Positions 18,250 to 21,105 of a stretch of 21,105 nt of DNA are shown here, piece after piece. The DNA comes from a bacterium (GTDB lineage: Bacteria; UBA10199; 2-02-FULL-44-16; DYJF01): contig JBGSNL010000088.1 in assembly GCA_041739675.1 (NCBI GenBank), positions 1 through 21,105 of the forward strand, written 5' to 3'. Below the pieces are notes generated by a model. That model did not search any database. It worked only from the letters and a program-made list of their open reading frames with translations, and was not told the DNA's origin. A program made the position numbers and the translations under genes. Every line of letters begins with the position of its first letter. The stretch's first letter is position 1.

Positions 18250-19575
18250 CTATTTCATTTTCTCTGTCTTCTCAGTGAACTTGATTCCGTGTTGCTCAAG
18301 CTCGTCCAGAACCGGTTCATATATTTCAGGAAGCACGGGGATATGAACACCTGTCAGATTGATGCGATTTTGCAGAATCATCCGCGATCCGATCGCGGCA
18401 GGCAACCCAACGGTTCTTGACATTGCGCTGTCGCCGTTCGGGATGCCGTAGTCGACGAGCGTCGATGTGATTTTTTCCCTCTTTTCGGGATATTTCGCCA
18501 CGAATTCGTGGCGAAGGACGATCATGTCACGCTCCCCTTTTTCGTACTGGAGTTTTTCAAGGAGAACCGCCACGAGAAGATCCAGCGCCGACCCTTCTTT
18601 TACGGAAGGGGTCTTGTCTTCAAGGAGGCCCAGCCATTCGATTCTTCCGACGACGTCGGAGGTGGCATCAAGTTTCAGATGGGCCGCGAGCTCTGATCTT
18701 AAGTCGGCCCCCTTGCTGCCGATGAGCCCCGCCACGAACTTTTTGTACGTGAGTTTTTGGAAATCGTATTTCTTCGCATCGTCCAAAAAACCCATGTCCG
18801 CGATCTTCTTCCACGTCCTGCACCAGCCCTTATTTCGAAGTGTTCCGCGGAACATCGTCGAAATTCCCTTGAGGCCGTAGATATCTATGTAGCCCAGAGA
18901 GTCGCGGTTGGGATAGGCCTCGAACTCGCCCAACCCCTCGACCGGGAGCTTCCAGTAGTGATCGAAAAGATCCTTGCCCGGGATATCGACTACTTTTCCG
19001 TCTTTCAAATATTTTGCGTTGTTTCTTCCCGCGAGAACTACTCCGCGCGGGCTCCACGAGAATTTGTAGCCGTAGGGGTTCGTATTGGCCTCGGGTGCGG
19101 GAAGCCCTCCGCAATATGAATAGAAGCTCTCGACCTTTCCGCCGCCATTTTGAACGTTGTGGATGATGCGCATGGCGGACATGTGATCGATCCCCGGATC
19201 CAGCCCGATCTCGTTGAGTATTATGATGCCGGATTTTTTAGCGGCGCCGTCAAGTGCGCGCATCGGTTCGCTGACGTAAGAGGTGGTCACCATGTGCTTT
19301 TTATATTCGATGCAAACGTTGGCAACCGTGACGTGATGCGTGTAGGGGACAAGGCTGACAGCCAGGTCACAATCCGGGATCAGGGTTGCCAGCGCCTTTG
19401 CGTCGGTGACGTCTAACCCGAGCGCCTTGCCCCGCGGATGACTGCCAACAAGCTCTTTTGCCTTCGCCGCGGTTCTAGAAGCGACGGTCACATTGAAGTC
19501 GTTCTGATCCAGAAGATATTGGACCAGAGGTTTTGCGACGAGGCCGGCACCCAGAACAAGCACGTTTTTCGACAT
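18250..19575 (-). CDS. Saccharopine dehydrogenase (glutamate-forming; Lys9/AASS-SDH-like)
   Basis: VLVLGAGLVA, NEIGLDPGIDHM, SYCGGLPAPE, YKFSWSPRG, EAYPNRDS, RGTLR, SAMSRTVG. Confidence 0.93.
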   Translation of the reverse strand: MSKNVLVLGAGLVAKPLVQYLLDQNDFNVTVASRTAAKAKELVGSHPRGKALGLDVTDAKALATLIPDCDLAVSLVPYTHHVTVANVCIEYKKHMVTTSYVSEPMRALDGAAKKSGIIILNEIGLDPGIDHMSAMRIIHNVQNGGGKVESFYSYCGGLPAPEANTNPYGYKFSWSPRGVVLAGRNNAKYLKDGKVVDIPGKDLFDHYWKLPVEGLGEFEAYPNRDSLGYIDIYGLKGISTMFRGTLRNKGWCRTWKKIADMGFLDDAKKYDFQKLTYKKFVAGLIGSKGADLRSELAAHLKLDATSDVVGRIEWLGLLEDKTPSVKEGSALDLLVAVLLEKLQYEKGERDMIVLRHEFVAKYPEKREKITSTLVDYGIPNGDSAMSRTVGLPAAIGSRMILQNRINLTGVHIPVLPEIYEPVLDELEQHGIKFTEKTEKMK

Positions 19576-19590
19576 ATGGAATCTCCCCAG

Positions 19591-20913
19591 TTATTTTTTT
19601 AAAAATTTCTCCAAATATTCGTAATCCGGCGTCAATTTTCCGCGATAGACGATCACCGCCTTTTTGACCTCTGAAGGCAGCTCGAGTTTTTCAAAATCGG
19701 CGTCAAAGTCCGCCATGGCGATCGACGGTACGAACCTCTTCAGGACGTGCGAAAAGTCGTTTGACGATTCCCTGGGAAGCTCGCACGGGAGGTTGTCCAC
19801 CGCCAAAACGACCGGCCCGTTACCGATGATCCCGTCCGCCGCTTTGCCGGTTAACGCGTCGAAGACAAAGACCGGCTCCGCGGGGTTCGTGGCTTTTACC
19901 GTGAATTCGATCCCGCCGTCGATATCGCACGAAATATCGCCCACAACCCGCAACCGCGGATGTTTTTGCGTTTCAAACAAAGTTTTCAATTCCGTCTTTG
20001 TGACGAGCCTGGGATATCTCTTGTCCCAGTAGATGCAGTTCACGAGAATCGAGAGATATGGGAGATAATTAAAAAACTTGGATTTGCAATTTTCAGGATG
20101 ATCATAAAAATCGTTCAGATGAAACTTTGTGAGCTCCGAGACCGGCTCGACTGTATGTTCTTCGTGGAAGACGACTTTATACAAGGTTTTGCGGTTGGCT
20201 TTTTTCTTTTTGTCAAAGAGGGCTTCCAGCTCGTCTGGTGCGATCTCTGTCACCGGTAGATAAGTGAGAATCTTCTGCGCGCCGCGGGAGACATTTCCGT
20301 AACCGGTAACGCCTATGACCAGAGGCGCAAGCGAGCTTTCGATCCCTTTGGTTTCTATCTTTTCGCCGACGTTGGAGATCGCCTCTTCAGCTGCGTCCAG
20401 ATCATCGTATCTATATGCCTGAACGATTTCGGAAAACGGGTTCTTGATCTTTTCGTGTTCGAGCCTCTGGCCGAAGGCCCAAAGTGAATCTATCATGCCG
20501 GCAAGCCCCGCGTGTTCTCCGAAAAAGATGAGGCGCCTGTTATGTTCGTCCACGATGCGTTCGTAATCGATCAGTGTGGAACCCGTCTCCATTATCTTTT
20601 GGAGCATCGGCATATTGTGCGTCTGCCCCTTGATCGTGTGGGAGAAGAAGACGTACGTCTTATCCCTCATTATGAAATGAAGCGGAATCTCTTTGATCGC
20701 GAAGATGAGCCCGCATTTTGAAAGATCTTCCTCCGCCTTTGCGCCGACCTCGACGTACTCATGCTCCTTGAAGACGCGGATAGGGGAGGGTTGCACGGTG
20801 AATTTGAGCCCCTCATTTTTGATGAGCGCCCCCACGTCGTGGGGGGTCAGAGGGGTCCTGCGCTCCCATTCGTTTTTGTCTTCGCGTCTGATGCCGATGC
20901 AGGTTTTCGTCAT
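19591..20913 (-). CDS. Lysine-2-oxoglutarate reductase (LKR, AASS N-terminal-domain-like)
   Basis: IGIRREDKNEWERRTPLTP, IKEIP, FFSHTIKGQTHNMPML, LIDYE, GYGNVSRGA, IYWDKRYPRL, DISCDIDGGIE, VDNLPCELPRESS. ATG 20913 lies just after the upstream stop. Confidence 0.9.
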   Translation of the reverse strand: MTKTCIGIRREDKNEWERRTPLTPHDVGALIKNEGLKFTVQPSPIRVFKEHEYVEVGAKAEEDLSKCGLIFAIKEIPLHFIMRDKTYVFFSHTIKGQTHNMPMLQKIMETGSTLIDYERIVDEHNRRLIFFGEHAGLAGMIDSLWAFGQRLEHEKIKNPFSEIVQAYRYDDLDAAEEAISNVGEKIETKGIESSLAPLVIGVTGYGNVSRGAQKILTYLPVTEIAPDELEALFDKKKKANRKTLYKVVFHEEHTVEPVSELTKFHLNDFYDHPENCKSKFFNYLPYLSILVNCIYWDKRYPRLVTKTELKTLFETQKHPRLRVVGDISCDIDGGIEFTVKATNPAEPVFVFDALTGKAADGIIGNGPVVLAVDNLPCELPRESSNDFSHVLKRFVPSIAMADFDADFEKLELPSEVKKAVIVYRGKLTPDYEYLEKFLKK

Positions 20914-20914
20914 G

Positions 20915-21105
20915 TTATTTCTTTTTATCTTCGCCCACGCGGTACGCCTCAAAGCCCGTTATATCCGCGCCGATGATGAGCGTGTGCATGTCGTGCGTTC
21001 CTTCATATGTGTAGACGCTTTCGATATTCATCATGTGGCGCATGATGGGGTAGTCGCCGGTGATGCCCATGCCGCCGAGGACCTGACGGGCCTCTCTGGC
21101 TACCT
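20915..21105 (-). CDS. gcdH: Acyl-CoA dehydrogenase C-terminus, most likely glutaryl-CoA dehydrogenase (partial)
   Basis: Manual translation (not in the ORF track): VAREARQVLGGMGITGDYPIMRHMMNIESVYTYEGTHDMHTLIIGADITGFEAYRVGEDKKK*. The TYEGTHD..H.LI.G..ITG pattern is typical of GCDH. Confidence 0.82.
   Translation of the reverse strand, partial: VAREARQVLGGMGITGDYPIMRHMMNIESVYTYEGTHDMHTLIIGADITGFEAYRVGEDKKK

Noticed and set aside
17623..18420. 265-aa plus-strand ORF
   Set aside because: Antisense shadow of the ALDH7 and SDH genes.

Overview
Bacterial chromosomal window, probably from a deltaproteobacterium-like lineage (inferred from gene order) and probably near the origin (two perfect parS sites). 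Left: a partial nitrilase-family gene, a tiny Cys-repeat protein and a K+-independent membrane H+-pyrophosphatase. Centre (minus strand): parA-parB-bactofilin-CPA2 cation/H+ antiporter-atpF'-atpF-atpH-atpA-atpG-atpD-atpC, with no atpB/atpE and a short epsilon subunit. Right (minus strand): a lysine-catabolic operon of the saccharopine type (glutaryl-CoA dehydrogenase [partial], lysine-ketoglutarate reductase, saccharopine dehydrogenase, ALDH7-type aminoadipate-semialdehyde dehydrogenase), followed by a degenerate orphan lysine 5,6-aminomutase alpha homolog and a DAGK-family kinase. The most striking signal is in the ~900-bp non-coding region upstream of parA. It holds two diverged copies (12563-12757 and 13139-13321) of a ~190-nt branched stem-loop element whose stems differ by many compensatory changes while loops and bulges are nearly identical. 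This is a candidate undescribed structured RNA or ssDNA motif. Nested REP-like hairpins and an orphan terminator lie between the copies. All protein calls come from motif recognition; no searches were run.
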